From an uncultured Candidatus Rokubacteria bacterium (GTDB taxonomy: Bacteria > Methylomirabilota > Methylomirabilia > Rokubacteriales > CSP1-6), in NCBI GenBank assembly GCA_963734175.1, contig CAVTGC010000004.1, forward strand, positions 7,875 through 71,874: a stretch of DNA of 64,000 nt, read 5' to 3'. The notes beneath the pieces are model-generated. The model saw nothing but the letters and a program-made list of their open reading frames with translations. It was not told the DNA's origin and made no database searches. The first letter of the stretch is position 1, and the number at the start of each line of letters is the position of its first letter. Both the position numbers and the translations under genes were made by a program. This document shows, in pieces, positions 49,617 to 59,816 of this stretch.

Positions 49617-50810
49617 TCACTTCACCACTCCTTCCCGGCGGAGAGCCGCCAGGCGCTCGGCCGGGTACTCGAGCAATCCCGTCAACACGCGGTCCGTGTG
49701 CTGGCCGAGCGACGGCGCCGCCGTCACCGGCAGCGCCGTCGCGCCGTCGACCTTGATCGGCGTGCCCAGTGTGGGCAGCGGGCCGTGGGTCGGATGCTCG
49801 ACCTCGACGACCATGCGGCGATGGCGCACCTGGGGATCCGACAGCACCCGGTCCACCGCGAGGATCGGGGCCGCCGGCACCCCGGCGGCGTGCAGCCGCG
49901 CCAGCCAGTCCTCGGTGCTGCGCTCGAGAAACACTGTCTCGATCAGCGGCATCAGCACCTCGCGGTGGAGCAGCCGCTGGCGGTTGGAGGCAAACCGCGG
50001 GTCGGCCTCCCACTCGGCACGCTCGAGCGCGTGACAGAACCCGCCCCAGAACTTCTCGGCGAAGACGGCGACGATCAGGTGGCCGTCGCGCGTGGCCAGC
50101 GCCTGGTAGGGCACGACCGAGGCGTGGCCGGAGCCCATTCGCCCCGGCACCCGGCCGTCGGCCCAGAAGTACTGCGCGATGTAGGTGAGAAGCGAGACCT
50201 GGCAGTCGAGGAGCGAGAGGTCCAGATGCGCGCCGCGGCCAGTGCGCGTGCGCCGCAACAGCGCGCCGGCCACCGCGAAGGCGCCGAACATCCCGCCGGC
50301 CAGGTCGCCCATCGGCAGCCCCATGCGCGCCGGCCGCCCGCCCTCCTCGCCGGTCAGCGACATGGCGCCGCCCATCGCCTGCAGCGCGAGATCGAACGCC
50401 GGCCAGTCGCGATAGGGCCCGTCCTGACCGTAGGCGGAGATCGAGCACAGGACGAGGCCGGGGTTGACGCCGGCCAGCGTCGCGTAGGCCAGCCCCAGCC
50501 GCTCCATCACGCCGGGCCGGAAGTTCTCCCACACCACGTCGGCGTGGCGGGCGAGGTCGAGGAAGACCTCGCGCCCGCCCGGCCGGCTGAGGTCGAGCGC
50601 CACCGACTGCTTGTTGCGGTTGATCGACAGGAAGTACGCGCTCTCGCCGTCGGGCAGGAACGGCGGCCCCATCACCCGCATCGGATCGCCGCCGTCGGTG
50701 TCCTCGATCTTGATCACCTCGGCGCCCATGTCGGCCAGCAGCATGGAGCCGTAGGGCCCGGCCAGCATCCGGGAGAGGTCGAGCACGCGCACACCCTCGA
50801 ACAGGTTCAC
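49617..50810 (-). CDS. Family III CoA-transferase (CaiB/BaiF/formyl-CoA transferase family)
   Basis: ~397 aa from the GTG at 50810 (GTGA overlap). VNLFEGVRVLDLSRMLAGPYGSMLLADMGAEVIKIE is the hallmark N-terminus. ...ENFRPGVMERLGL.... Confidence 0.8.
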   Translation of the reverse strand: MNLFEGVRVLDLSRMLAGPYGSMLLADMGAEVIKIEDTDGGDPMRVMGPPFLPDGESAYFLSINRNKQSVALDLSRPGGREVFLDLARHADVVWENFRPGVMERLGLAYATLAGVNPGLVLCSISAYGQDGPYRDWPAFDLALQAMGGAMSLTGEEGGRPARMGLPMGDLAGGMFGAFAVAGALLRRTRTGRGAHLDLSLLDCQVSLLTYIAQYFWADGRVPGRMGSGHASVVPYQALATRDGHLIVAVFAEKFWGGFCHALERAEWEADPRFASNRQRLLHREVLMPLIETVFLERSTEDWLARLHAAGVPAAPILAVDRVLSDPQVRHRRMVVEVEHPTHGPLPTLGTPIKVDGATALPVTAAPSLGQHTDRVLTGLLEYPAERLAALRREGVVK

Positions 50811-53071
50811 GCCGGCCGGCTCGCGAGGGCGGCGTGGACGGCCGCCGGGGTGAGGGGCAGCTCGGTGAAGCGCACGCCGGTGGCGTCCTTCACCGCGTTG
50901 GCCACCGCCGCCGAGACCGGGATGACGCCCGACTCGCCGAGGCCCTTGGCGCCGAACGGCCCCTCGGCGTCGCCCGCCTCGATCAGCCGGACGATCAGCT
51001 CCGGCATGTCGTCGGCCTTGAGCATCGCGTAGTCCATGAACGACGCGGTGAGGATCTGCCCCTCCCGCACGATCAGCTGCTCGCTCAGCGCGTAGCCGAG
51101 CCCCATGTGGATGCCGCCGTGGACCTGCCCCTCGGCGGCCAGCGGGTTGAGCGCGCGGCCCACGTCGTGGGCGGAGACGATCCGCCGCACGCGGATGCGG
51201 CCGGTGGCCGTCTCCACGTCGAGCACGGCGGCCTGGGCCGCGAACCCGTAGGTGGCCGAGACGTTGCCGCGCAGATCCTTGTCGAGCATCTCCGTCGGCG
51301 GATCGTAGAACGCCTCCGCCACCAGCGTCTGGCCGTGCTCGCGCAGGTGCCCGGCCCGGGCCGCGCGGTCGTAGGGAATGCGCCGGGCCGGCTCGTCGTC
51401 CACGAAGATGAAGCCGTCGGCGCTGCGCAGCCGCTCGGCCGGCGCCTCCAGCTCGGCGGCCGCCATGGCCAGCAGCCGCGCGCGCAGCTTCTCGGCGGCC
51501 AGGCGGGCGGCGTTGCCGGCGATGAACGTGGTCCGGCTGGCGTGGGCACCGACGTCCCACGGCTTGATCGCGGTGTCGGAGTTGACGACGTCCACCCGAT
51601 CGAGCGGCACCCCGAGCGTCTCGGCCACGATCATGGCCAGCACGGTCTCCGATCCCTGGCCGATCTCGGTGGCGCCCGTGACCAGCGAGACGCGCCCGAA
51701 GTCGTCGAGCTTCACGATGGCGCCGCAGCCGTCGGAACGGTAGATGCGGGCGCCGCCGCCGACGTGGAACATGGCGGCGTAGCCGACCCCGCGCGTCCAG
51801 CCGGCGGCCGGCGGCGGCACGTCCCGGGCGGCGCCGTCCAGCGCGTCGAGGCACTCGGGCATCGCGCAGGACGAGATCGCGAAGCCCTGCGGATTGGCGT
51901 CGCCCGGCCGGGTGACGTTGCGGCGGCGGATCTCCAGCTTGTCGAGGCCGAGGCGCTCGGCCAGCTCGTCCATCTGGCTCTCGACGGCGAAGGTCGACTC
52001 GAGGTTGCCGTAGCCGCGCATCGAGCCCGAGTAGGGGTTGTTCGTGTAGGCGATCGTGGTGTCGAAGCGCACGGCCGGGCACCGGTAGAGGCCGGCCACC
52101 GTCGAGAGCATCACGTACGGCGTCGTCGAGCCCCACGAGACGTAGGCGCCGTTGTCGATCACGACGTGGCAGTCGCGGGCCAGCACCCGGCCGTCGGCGG
52201 CGGCCGCCGTGCGCAGCCGGATCGTGCACGGCTCCCGGGTCGGGCACGCGACGAACTCCTCGACGCGCTCGAACTCGATCTTCACCGGACGCCGCACCCG
52301 CCGGGCCAGCAGCGCGGCAATGACGTCGATCGGGTAGAGGTCGAGCCCGCGGCCGAAGTTGCCGCCCACCGGCGGCTGCAGCACGCGCACGCGGTCGCCG
52401 GTCGTGCCCAGCGCCTGCGCCAGGTCTCGCTGATAGAGGAACGGCACCTGGGTCGTCGACCACATGGTCAGCCGTTCCTCGAGGTCCCAGTCGGCGATCG
52501 CCACCATCGTGCCCAGGCAGGCCGGGGTGACGAAGTTCAGCCGGTACTCGCCCTCGACCACGGCGGCGGCGGCGGCGAACGCGCCCTCGACGTCGCCGTG
52601 GCTGAACTGGTAGCGCAGGTCGGTGTGGTTCGTCGGCCGCCCCTCGTGCACCAGCGGCGCGCCCGGTCGCACGGCCGCCACCGGATCGAACACCGCGGGC
52701 AGCTCGGCGTACTCGACCTCGATCAGCTCGAGCGCCGCCTCCGCGATGGCCGGGCTCTCGGCCGCCACCGCGGCGACCTCGTCGCGCACGCAGCGGACCT
52801 TGTCCGTCTTCAGCGCCACCTGGTCCTTGGCGAAGCCGAACGGGTGCTGCTCGACCTCGACGCCGGTGAGCACGGCCAGCACGCCGGGCAGCGCCGCCGC
52901 CCGCGTCGTGTCGATCCGCACGATGCGCGCGTGGGGGTGCCGGGCTCTCAAGATCTTGCCGTGGGCGAGCCGCGGCAGCGTCAGGTCGTGCAGGTAACGC
53001 GTGCGGCCGGTGACCTTGTCGGCCCCGTCGCGCTTGGGCACGTCCCGGCCGATGACGGCCAGCGTGGTCAC
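50807..53071 (-). CDS. Molybdopterin-binding large subunit of a xanthine dehydrogenase/aldehyde oxidase-family hydroxylase
   Basis: ~754 aa from the GTG at 53071 (GGGAG upstream). VIGRDVPKRDGADKVTGRTRYLHDL..., Mo-cofactor domain stretches (GGNFGRGLDLY, GQGSETVLAMIVAETLGVP) and a ...GAKGLGESGV C-terminus. No 2Fe-2S or FAD subunit gene is adjacent. Confidence 0.8.
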   Translation of the reverse strand: MTTLAVIGRDVPKRDGADKVTGRTRYLHDLTLPRLAHGKILRARHPHARIVRIDTTRAAALPGVLAVLTGVEVEQHPFGFAKDQVALKTDKVRCVRDEVAAVAAESPAIAEAALELIEVEYAELPAVFDPVAAVRPGAPLVHEGRPTNHTDLRYQFSHGDVEGAFAAAAAVVEGEYRLNFVTPACLGTMVAIADWDLEERLTMWSTTQVPFLYQRDLAQALGTTGDRVRVLQPPVGGNFGRGLDLYPIDVIAALLARRVRRPVKIEFERVEEFVACPTREPCTIRLRTAAAADGRVLARDCHVVIDNGAYVSWGSTTPYVMLSTVAGLYRCPAVRFDTTIAYTNNPYSGSMRGYGNLESTFAVESQMDELAERLGLDKLEIRRRNVTRPGDANPQGFAISSCAMPECLDALDGAARDVPPPAAGWTRGVGYAAMFHVGGGARIYRSDGCGAIVKLDDFGRVSLVTGATEIGQGSETVLAMIVAETLGVPLDRVDVVNSDTAIKPWDVGAHASRTTFIAGNAARLAAEKLRARLLAMAAAELEAPAERLRSADGFIFVDDEPARRIPYDRAARAGHLREHGQTLVAEAFYDPPTEMLDKDLRGNVSATYGFAAQAAVLDVETATGRIRVRRIVSAHDVGRALNPLAAEGQVHGGIHMGLGYALSEQLIVREGQILTASFMDYAMLKADDMPELIVRLIEAGDAEGPFGAKGLGESGVIPVSAAVANAVKDATGVRFTELPLTPAAVHAALASRPA

Positions 53072-53087
53072 GCGACCCGGTGCTCCC

Positions 53088-53780
53088 TCACGCCAGCGTG
53101 CCCACCCGCAGGCGCTCGTACAGCATGCTGATCCACTCGGCGTGGGCGGCGTCGCGCCACACCTGGAAGAACGGCGAGGCCTGCATCTCTCTGAACTCGC
53201 GGCTCGCGCGGTCCCGGGTCTCCTCCGACGTCTCGCCGGACTTCGGCGAGGTCTGGGCGGCACGGATGCGGTCCTTGCGGTAGACCTGCGGGAACTCCGT
53301 GTAGCGGTACAGCTCCCGCATCTCCCGGGTGAAGAACACGACGACCGGGATCGACTGATAGGTCGTGCCATCGCGGCGGTTCAGGTACTGCGCCATCAGG
53401 TCGGCGTTCGGCGACTCCCGGGGGTCGGGCTCGGGGGTGGCGCCGAAGCGCTGACCGTCGCGCGGGAAGATGCGCAGCTCGAGGCCGACGGTGTCGGCAA
53501 CCTTGCCCAGCAGCGGAATATCGCGGCGGCAGTCCGATGACCACTCCTCGGAGAGCGCCAGCACCTTGGCCGGTCCACCCGGCTGGCCCACGAGCCACGT
53601 CCAGGCGGCCTGCTCGGCCGCCGACAGCTGCGTGGCGTCGTACGTCTCCTGCAGGTGAGCGCTCCAGCGCCGGCCGGAGCCGCCGGGCGATGCCTCCCGC
53701 TTCAGGTTCTCGGGCGTCGCCGTGAATGCCACGTACTGCGCAAATGTCATCCCCTGCCCGAACCGCTCCGCCGTCACCAT
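53088..53780 (-). CDS. Thioredoxin-like fold protein (single Cys; function unclear)
   Basis: ~230 aa from the ATG at 53780 (AAGGAG SD), overlapping the upstream stop in ATGGTGA. Weak thioredoxin-like pattern (SEEWSSDCRRDIPLLGKV...VVVFFTREMRELYRY). Confidence 0.4.
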   Translation of the reverse strand: MVTAERFGQGMTFAQYVAFTATPENLKREASPGGSGRRWSAHLQETYDATQLSAAEQAAWTWLVGQPGGPAKVLALSEEWSSDCRRDIPLLGKVADTVGLELRIFPRDGQRFGATPEPDPRESPNADLMAQYLNRRDGTTYQSIPVVVFFTREMRELYRYTEFPQVYRKDRIRAAQTSPKSGETSEETRDRASREFREMQASPFFQVWRDAAHAEWISMLYERLRVGTLA

Positions 53781-55370
53781 CGCACGGGCTCCTTGTGCTC
53801 GCCGAAGACGCGTTTCATCGACTGACAGATCTCCCCCAGCGTCGCGTACACCTTCACCGCTTCCAGGATGGGCGGCATGAGGTTGCCGGTGCCGCGCGCC
53901 TCGTCGGCCAGGCGGCCCAGCGCCGCCTGCACGGCGACACCGTCGCGGTCGCGCCGCACCCGGGCCAGCTTGGCGAGCTGGGTCTCGGACACCCGGGGAT
54001 CGAAGGCGTACAGCTCCACGTCCTGGTCGGCCTCGGCGGCCCGCTCGCCCACGTGGCAGTTGACGGCCACCTTGCGGATCTCGCCGGAGACCATCGCCTG
54101 CTCGAACCGGTAGGCCTGACGGGCGACCTCGGCCTGGATGGCGCCGGTCTTCACGGCCTCGACGATGCCGCCCATGCGCTCGACCGCGGCCAGCTCCTCG
54201 ACGATCTTCGCCTCCATCTCGTTGGTCAGCGCCTCGACGTAGTAGGACCCGGCCAGCGGGTCCGCGGTGTCGGCGGCGCCCGATTCCTCGGCGCAGATCT
54301 GCATCGTCCGCAGCGCGATGAGCTGGGCCTTGGGCGACGGGATCGTGTACGCCTCGTCGTAGGTCGGCAGCGCCATCGTCTGGGCCCCGCTCAGCGCGCC
54401 GGCCAGCGCGATGTAGGCGCCGCGCACGATGTTGTTCTCCGGCTCCTGCATCGTGAAGGCCGAGCCGCCGCCGCCGATGAGCGAGCGGAACATCCACGAC
54501 TTGGGGCTCTGGGCCCCGAACCGCTCGCGCAGCATCCGGGCGTAGAGCCGGCGGCCGGCCCGGAACTTCGCCACCTCCTCGAAGATCTTGCCCCAGCGCG
54601 GTGAAGTTGAACGAGATACGCGGCGCGAACTCGTCGACCGTCATCCCCCGCGCCAGCATCATCTCCACGTAGGCGGCGGCGATGGCCAGGCCATAGGCCA
54701 TCTCCTGGGCCGTGGTGCAGCCGGCCTCGCGGATGTGGTAGCCGCACACCGAGACCGGGTTGGAGCGCGGGAAGTGCCGGGCCGAGAACTCGATGAGGTC
54801 GCCGACCAGCCGCAGCGAGGGCTCGACCGGGTAGATCCAGGTGCCGCGGGCGACAAACTCCTTGAGGATGTCGTTCTGCGGCGTCGTCACCACGCGGTCG
54901 GCGGCCGCCCCCTGCTGCTCGGCCACCGCGTAGTACATGGCGGTGATCGGCGCCGCCATGCCGTTGATCGTGAGCGAGACGCTCACGCGGTCGAGCGGGA
55001 TGCCGGCGAACGCCGCCTCCATGTCGGCCAGCGTGTCGATCGCCATGCCGACGCGGCCCACCTCGCCCTCGGCCTTGGGATCGTCCGAGTCGAGACCGAG
55101 CTGGGTCGGCAGGTCGAAGGCGACGTTGAGGGCGTCCTGGCCGTGGGCCATCAGGTACTTGAATCGGGCGTTCGTCTCCTCGGGCGTGCCGAAGCCGATG
55201 TACTGCCGCATCGTCCACAGGCGGTCGCGGTACATGTGCTTGTGGATTCCGCGCGTGTACGGATACTCGCCGGGCGCTCCGATGTCGCGGGCGGCGTCCC
55301 GCCCGGCCAGGTCCTCCGGTCCGTATACCGGCTTGACCGGGATGCCCGCGTGCAGCTTCACGTCCCTCAT
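53774..55370 (-). CDS. B12-dependent acyl-CoA mutase, large catalytic (TIM-barrel) subunit without fused B12 domain (IcmA/HcmA/split-MCM type); one frameshift at ~54575-54590 in this assembly
   Basis: ATG at 55370 (GGAGGA SD). [21 protein letters not shown]...[78 protein letters not shown]...[12 protein letters not shown] in one frame. Then (I/L)[18 protein letters not shown]...[51 protein letters not shown]...[13 protein letters not shown]... in ORF 53774..54574. Total ~532 aa. Confidence 0.8.
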
Positions 55371-56248
55371 GCCGTCCTCCTGCTCGCCGTACGTTCGAGG
55401 AACCGGGCGACCAGCGTCGCGCTCTCCGGGCCCCGCTCCTCGGGCGGCGCGTGGCCCACGTCGGGGAGCTCGACCACCTCCGCCTCGCGGAAGAGTGAGC
55501 GCCACCGCGGCAACACCGTGGCGAACGCCGGGTCCTTCATGCCCCAGATCAGCACCGCCGGGATCGCGGCCAGGTGCTCGCGACGCCGCCACAGCCCGTC
55601 GAACCAGTCGCTCGAGCCCATCAGCTCGCGTGCGTAGATCCACGTCGCGTGGCGCGCGGCCGGGTCGCGCTGGGGGGCCGCGTACTGCGCGTGCACCGCG
55701 TTCGTGTAGCGCGAACGATCGGCCACGGCCCGCCGGAACAGCACGTTCAGCGAGGCGCCCAGCCGCTCGTAGAGGAATCGCCCGACGCCGCTGGCCAGCA
55801 CGCGTCCGATCCGCTCGTAGCGGCGCTCGCCCGCGAACGACCACATCCACGTGTTGAAGAGGACCAGGGTACGGACCTCGCCCGGATGCTCGAGCGCCCA
55901 CGCCAGGCCGATGGGGCCGCCGAAGTCGTGAGCGACGAGGACCACGTCCTTCAGGCCGAGCGCCTCCACGAACAGGCCCAGCCGACGCGCCTGGTCCTGG
56001 GGCCGGTAGGCGTCGCCGCCCGGCTTGTCCGACAGGCCGAAGCCCAGGTGGTCCGGCACCACGCAGCGATAGCGATCGCACAGCCCCTTCACCAGGTGAC
56101 GGTACATGAAGGACCACGTCGGCGTGCCGTGGACCATCAGCACGGTGGGCCCCTGCCCCTCGTCCACGTAATGCATCCGCGCGCCCTCGATCTCGACCCA
56201 GCGCGAGGCGAACGGGTACTCGGCGCGGTCGAGCCAGGCCGGCGTCAC
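55367..56248 (-). CDS. Alpha/beta-fold hydrolase (haloalkane dehalogenase/epoxide hydrolase-like)
   Basis: 293 aa. [30 protein letters not shown] (nucleophile elbow with Asp as in dehalogenase-type enzymes), C-terminal His region. GTGA overlap with the upstream mutase small-subunit stop. Confidence 0.75.
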   Translation of the reverse strand: MTPAWLDRAEYPFASRWVEIEGARMHYVDEGQGPTVLMVHGTPTWSFMYRHLVKGLCDRYRCVVPDHLGFGLSDKPGGDAYRPQDQARRLGLFVEALGLKDVVLVAHDFGGPIGLAWALEHPGEVRTLVLFNTWMWSFAGERRYERIGRVLASGVGRFLYERLGASLNVLFRRAVADRSRYTNAVHAQYAAPQRDPAARHATWIYARELMGSSDWFDGLWRRREHLAAIPAVLIWGMKDPAFATVLPRWRSLFREAEVVELPDVGHAPPEERGPESATLVARFLERTASRRTA

Positions 56249-56622
56249 CGCGGCTCCTCGAACGCGGCCACGATGTCGGGCAGCGGGGTGCCCATCGGGA
56301 ACACGCGGGCCACGCCCATCGCCAGCAGCGCCGGCACGTCGCGCGGCGGGATGGTGCCACCGACCACCACGCGGACGTCGCCGGCGCCCTGGGCGCGCAG
56401 CCCGTCGAGCACCCGGCGGGACAGCGTCAGGTGCGCGCCCGAGAGGATCGACAGCCCCACGACGTCCACGTCCTCCTGGACCGCCTCGGCCACGATCTCC
56501 TCGGGCGTCCGCTTGAGCCCGGAGTACACGACCTCCACTCCGGCGTCGCGCAGAGCGTGGGCCACCACCTTGGCACCGCGGTCGTGGCCGTCGAGGCCGG
56601 GCTTGGCCACCAGGACCTTCAT
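56245..56622 (-). CDS. B12-binding small subunit of split acyl-CoA mutase
   Basis: ~125 aa. [36 protein letters not shown] has the DxHxxG cobalamin His-ligand motif. The ATG at 56622 overlaps the upstream stop (TGATG). Confidence 0.8.
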   Translation of the reverse strand: MKVLVAKPGLDGHDRGAKVVAHALRDAGVEVVYSGLKRTPEEIVAEAVQEDVDVVGLSILSGAHLTLSRRVLDGLRAQGAGDVRVVVGGTIPPRDVPALLAMGVARVFPMGTPLPDIVAAFEEPR

Positions 56623-57101
56623 CACCGGGGGACCTCGAGCGTCACCAGCGTCGCCTGCACGCGAGGGCCGGTGACGGTCAGGCGGGCCACCGAGATCGGC
56701 AGCTTGAAGCGCCGGGGGCCGGCGCTGCCCGGGTTCAGGTAGAGGACGCCGGCTCGCTCCTCCACGCGCGGCTGGTGGCTGTGGCCGGCGATCACCGCGG
56801 CGAAGCCGGCGGCGCGCGGATCGAGGTCGAGCTCGTGCAGATCGTGCAGGACGTAGAGCGAGACGTCGCCGACCTCGACGACCTCCGTCTCCGGGATGCC
56901 GGCCGCCCACGCCGCCCGATCGTTGTTGCCGCGCACGGCGGCGACGGGGGCGATGCGCCCGAGCGCGGCGAGGACGTCGGGGCTACCGATGTCGCCGGCG
57001 TGCACGATGCGCTCGACGCCGGCCAGCGCGGCCACCGCCTCCGGCCGCAGCAGCCCGTGCGTGTCGGAGATCACGCCGACGGTGTGAATGCGGGGAGCCA
57101 T
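56622..57101 (-). CDS. Metallophosphoesterase (YfcE/MJ0936-like calcineurin-family phosphodiesterase)
   Basis: [18 protein letters not shown]...VHAGDIGS...VRGNND...GHSHQP metal-binding motifs. An alternative GTG start near 57080 is possible. Confidence 0.65.
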   Translation of the reverse strand: MAPRIHTVGVISDTHGLLRPEAVAALAGVERIVHAGDIGSPDVLAALGRIAPVAAVRGNNDRAAWAAGIPETEVVEVGDVSLYVLHDLHELDLDPRAAGFAAVIAGHSHQPRVEERAGVLYLNPGSAGPRRFKLPISVARLTVTGPRVQATLVTLEVPR

Positions 57102-57502
57102 CGCGGGTTGCCCTTGGGATCGGGATCGACGGCGAGCGGCTTCAGGCGCACGCGCTGGCCGATCGTCACGCGGGCGGGATCGGCGTCGAGCAGGATCGAG
57201 AAGACCCGGTGCTCGCCGACTTTCACGATCGCGAACACCCGGGGCGCGGTGAAGCCGGCCGGCAGCCCCGTCTCCTGCACCGTGAAGCCGTGCACGGTGC
57301 CCTCGGCGGGCAGGTCGGCCCAGTCGAACGCGTCGCTGCCGCACTCCGGGCAGAAGCCGCGCGGCGGCCACGCCGTGCGGCCGCAGCCCGAACAGCGGGT
57401 GGTACAGAGGCGGCCCTGCCCGAGCCGCGTGTAGAACTCGTGCAGCTTGGTGAAGTCGGCCGCCTCCAGCGGGAACGGATCGGTCGCGCGGAAATAGCTC
57501 AC
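57071..57502 (-). CDS. DUF35 family Zn-ribbon/OB-fold protein (partner of SCPx-type thiolases)
   Basis: CSGCGRTAWPPRGFCPECGSDAFDW is a rubredoxin-like Zn ribbon, followed by an OB-fold-like tail. The GTG at 57502 overlaps the amidohydrolase stop (GTGA). An alternative ATG lies at 57517. Confidence 0.6.
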   Translation of the reverse strand: MSYFRATDPFPLEAADFTKLHEFYTRLGQGRLCTTRCSGCGRTAWPPRGFCPECGSDAFDWADLPAEGTVHGFTVQETGLPAGFTAPRVFAIVKVGEHRVFSILLDADPARVTIGQRVRLKPLAVDPDPKGNPRWLPAFTPSA

Positions 57503-58860
57503 GGGAGCACCGGCCATACGCTGTCGATCCGCACGCCGGCCCGCCGCACGTGCTCGCGACTGAGCCGCTCCACGCGCTCGTACAGCGTGCGCTCGTCGAG
57601 CGTCGTCAGCCGTCCCTCGTCGAGCACGACCCGGCCGTCGATCAGCACGGTCCGGACGCTGGCGCCGCTGGCGGCGTACACCAGGTTGTTGACGGGATTC
57701 AGCAACGGCCGCCACTCCGGCGTGTCGAGGTCGTACAGGACCAGATCCGCGCGCTTGCCCGGCTCGATGGAGCCGATCTGCCGATCCAGCCGCAGCGCCT
57801 CGGCCCCGCGGATCGTGCCCATCTCCAGCACCCGCTCGGCCGGCAGCACGCCGACGTCGTTGCGGGCGTCCTTGTAGACGGTCGCGGCCAGGTACATGAG
57901 GCGCAGCATGTCGAAGTGGTTGGAGCCGTTGCCGCTGTCGCCGCCGAGCGAGACGCACACGCCGGCGTCGACCATCTCCGGGAAGCGTCCGTGCGCGGCC
58001 AGCCCCTTGGTGTGCTTGAGCCCCGCGGTCGGGCAGTGGGCGATCTTGACGCCGCGCCGGGCCAGCAGCGCGATGTCGGCGTCGTCCACGTAGACCATGT
58101 GGGCCAGCTTGGTGCGGGCGTCGAGCACGCCGAGCGCGTCCAGACGTGTCAGCGGGATCGTGTCGCGGCTCGGGCGCGAGGGGTGCAGCGCGCTCTGCAT
58201 CATCCCCCACCCCACGCCGTGGCGCCCGGCCAGCGCGTGGGCGCCCCGGATGAGTGCCTCCGAGCAGGTGCCGAAGCCGAGCAGCAGCGGCCAGGCGCCG
58301 AGGCGGCCGTCGGCACGGCCATTCACCTTGCCGAGCACGTCCTCGGTGAGCGCCAGCGCCTCGTCCGTCGTCTGCTTCATGCGGCCGCTCTGCCCGTCGA
58401 GGTCCCACGTCCATCGGCCGAGGATCGCCCGCATGCCGACCTGCTCGACGGCGTCGGCGACGGCGGCCACGTCGAAGAGCGTGCCCGCCTCGCAGAACGT
58501 CGTGGTCCCGGTGCGGATCATCTCCACGCAGGCCAGCAGGGCGGCCGCCTGCTCCTCCTCCGGCGTCACCGTCGAGTAGAGCGGCAGCAGCCAGTCGGGC
58601 AGGTAGCGCGGCACCGGGACGTCGTCGAGCATCAGGCCGCGGCTCAGGTGCTCGGTGAGGTGCACGTGGGTGTCGACGAACCCGGGTGCCACCAGGTACC
58701 GGCGGCCGTCGATCACCCGGTCCGGGGTCCGCGGGGGCCGGACCGACGCGGCCGGCCCCACCTGCACCACGTCGCGGCCGTCCACCAGCACCGAGCCGTC
58801 CGCAAGGATCCGCCGCTGGGGGTCCAGCGTGAGGATCGTGGCGTGCTCGATCAGGATCAC
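57499..58860 (-). CDS. Amidohydrolase-superfamily metal-dependent hydrolase (chlorohydrolase/nucleobase deaminase-like)
   Basis: ~453 aa from the GTG at 58860 (GTGA overlap). VILIEHATILTLDPQ..., PGFVDTHVHLTEH (HxH metal motif), later HCPTAGLKH and D-containing C-terminal motifs. Confidence 0.75.
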   Translation of the reverse strand: MILIEHATILTLDPQRRILADGSVLVDGRDVVQVGPAASVRPPRTPDRVIDGRRYLVAPGFVDTHVHLTEHLSRGLMLDDVPVPRYLPDWLLPLYSTVTPEEEQAAALLACVEMIRTGTTTFCEAGTLFDVAAVADAVEQVGMRAILGRWTWDLDGQSGRMKQTTDEALALTEDVLGKVNGRADGRLGAWPLLLGFGTCSEALIRGAHALAGRHGVGWGMMQSALHPSRPSRDTIPLTRLDALGVLDARTKLAHMVYVDDADIALLARRGVKIAHCPTAGLKHTKGLAAHGRFPEMVDAGVCVSLGGDSGNGSNHFDMLRLMYLAATVYKDARNDVGVLPAERVLEMGTIRGAEALRLDRQIGSIEPGKRADLVLYDLDTPEWRPLLNPVNNLVYAASGASVRTVLIDGRVVLDEGRLTTLDERTLYERVERLSREHVRRAGVRIDSVWPVLP

Positions 58861-59816
58861 GAGCGCTCCGATCGCAGGCGTCGTAGCAGCGCCCGCACCT
58901 TGTCGGTCTCGAACGCCTCGCGCCGGTCGCCGGTGTAGTCGAAGAAGCCGCGGCCCGTCTTGGGCCCCAGCTCGTTGCGCGCCATCTTCTCCTCGACGAG
59001 GCGGGCCGGCCGGAACCGCTCGTCGCCCGTCGCCTCGGTCATGTAGCGGCTGGCCCGGTACAGGATGTCCACGCCGCCCCAGTCGATGAACTCGAAGATC
59101 CCGATCGACGCGTAGCGAAAGCCCATGCCGGCCTTGAAGGCGCGGTCGACGTCCTCCGGCGTGGCCACGCCCTCCTCGACCAGCCGCACCGCCTCGTTCA
59201 TCAGCAGCACCTGCAGCCGCGGGCCGATGAAGCCGGGCGAGTCGCCGCACCGCACCGGGGTCTTGCCGAGGCTCTCGAGCAGCGCCAGCGTCCGTTCGAC
59301 CGTGGCCGGCGCCGTGCGCGGGCCCGGTACCACGTCGACGAGCGGGATGATGTGAGCCGGGTTGAGCCAGTGGGCGACCAGGAACCGCTCCGGCCGCTCC
59401 ACCGCGTCGCACACGTGGGAGGGCGAGATCGTCGACGACCCCGAGGCGACGATGGCGTCGGCGTCGACGACGCCGCTCACGCGGGCCAGCGCCGCCTGCT
59501 TGAGCGGCACCGATTCCGGCAGCGCCTCCTGCACGAAGCCGCACCCCTTCAGCGCGTCGAGGCCCACCCGCTCCTCGATGCGGCCCAGCACGGCGGCCGC
59601 CTCCGCCTCGTCGATCACGCGCTCCTCGACCATGAGGCCGACGTCGCGGACGATCTCGCGGCGGGCGTCGGCCAGCGTGCGCGCGGCCTCGGCGGCCGGG
59701 CGCCCGTCCTTGACGTCGACCAGGCGCACGGGGCAGCCGCCCAGCGCGAAGGCCAGCGCGATCTGGCGGCCGATCCGGCCGGGCCCGAGGACGGCGATCG
59801 TGGGCCGCTCCGTCAC
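58857..59816 (-). CDS. 3-hydroxyacyl-CoA dehydrogenase (NAD-binding, HBD/FadB C-terminal type)
   Basis: 319 aa. IAVLGPGRIGRQIALAFALGG Rossmann motif. ...SGSSTISPSHV..., HWLNPAHIIPLVDVV, FIGPRLQ. Confidence 0.8.
   Translation of the reverse strand: MTERPTIAVLGPGRIGRQIALAFALGGCPVRLVDVKDGRPAAEAARTLADARREIVRDVGLMVEERVIDEAEAAAVLGRIEERVGLDALKGCGFVQEALPESVPLKQAALARVSGVVDADAIVASGSSTISPSHVCDAVERPERFLVAHWLNPAHIIPLVDVVPGPRTAPATVERTLALLESLGKTPVRCGDSPGFIGPRLQVLLMNEAVRLVEEGVATPEDVDRAFKAGMGFRYASIGIFEFIDWGGVDILYRASRYMTEATGDERFRPARLVEEKMARNELGPKTGRGFFDYTGDRREAFETDKVRALLRRLRSERS

Noticed and set aside
53088-56360. 1090-aa minus-strand ORF as a single giant protein
   Set aside because: It is a chimera. Its N-terminal ~330 aa are Arg-rich nonsense overlapping the alpha/beta hydrolase gene in another frame. 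The real content is the mutase large-subunit N-half followed (after a frameshift and a stop) by the separate thioredoxin-like gene.
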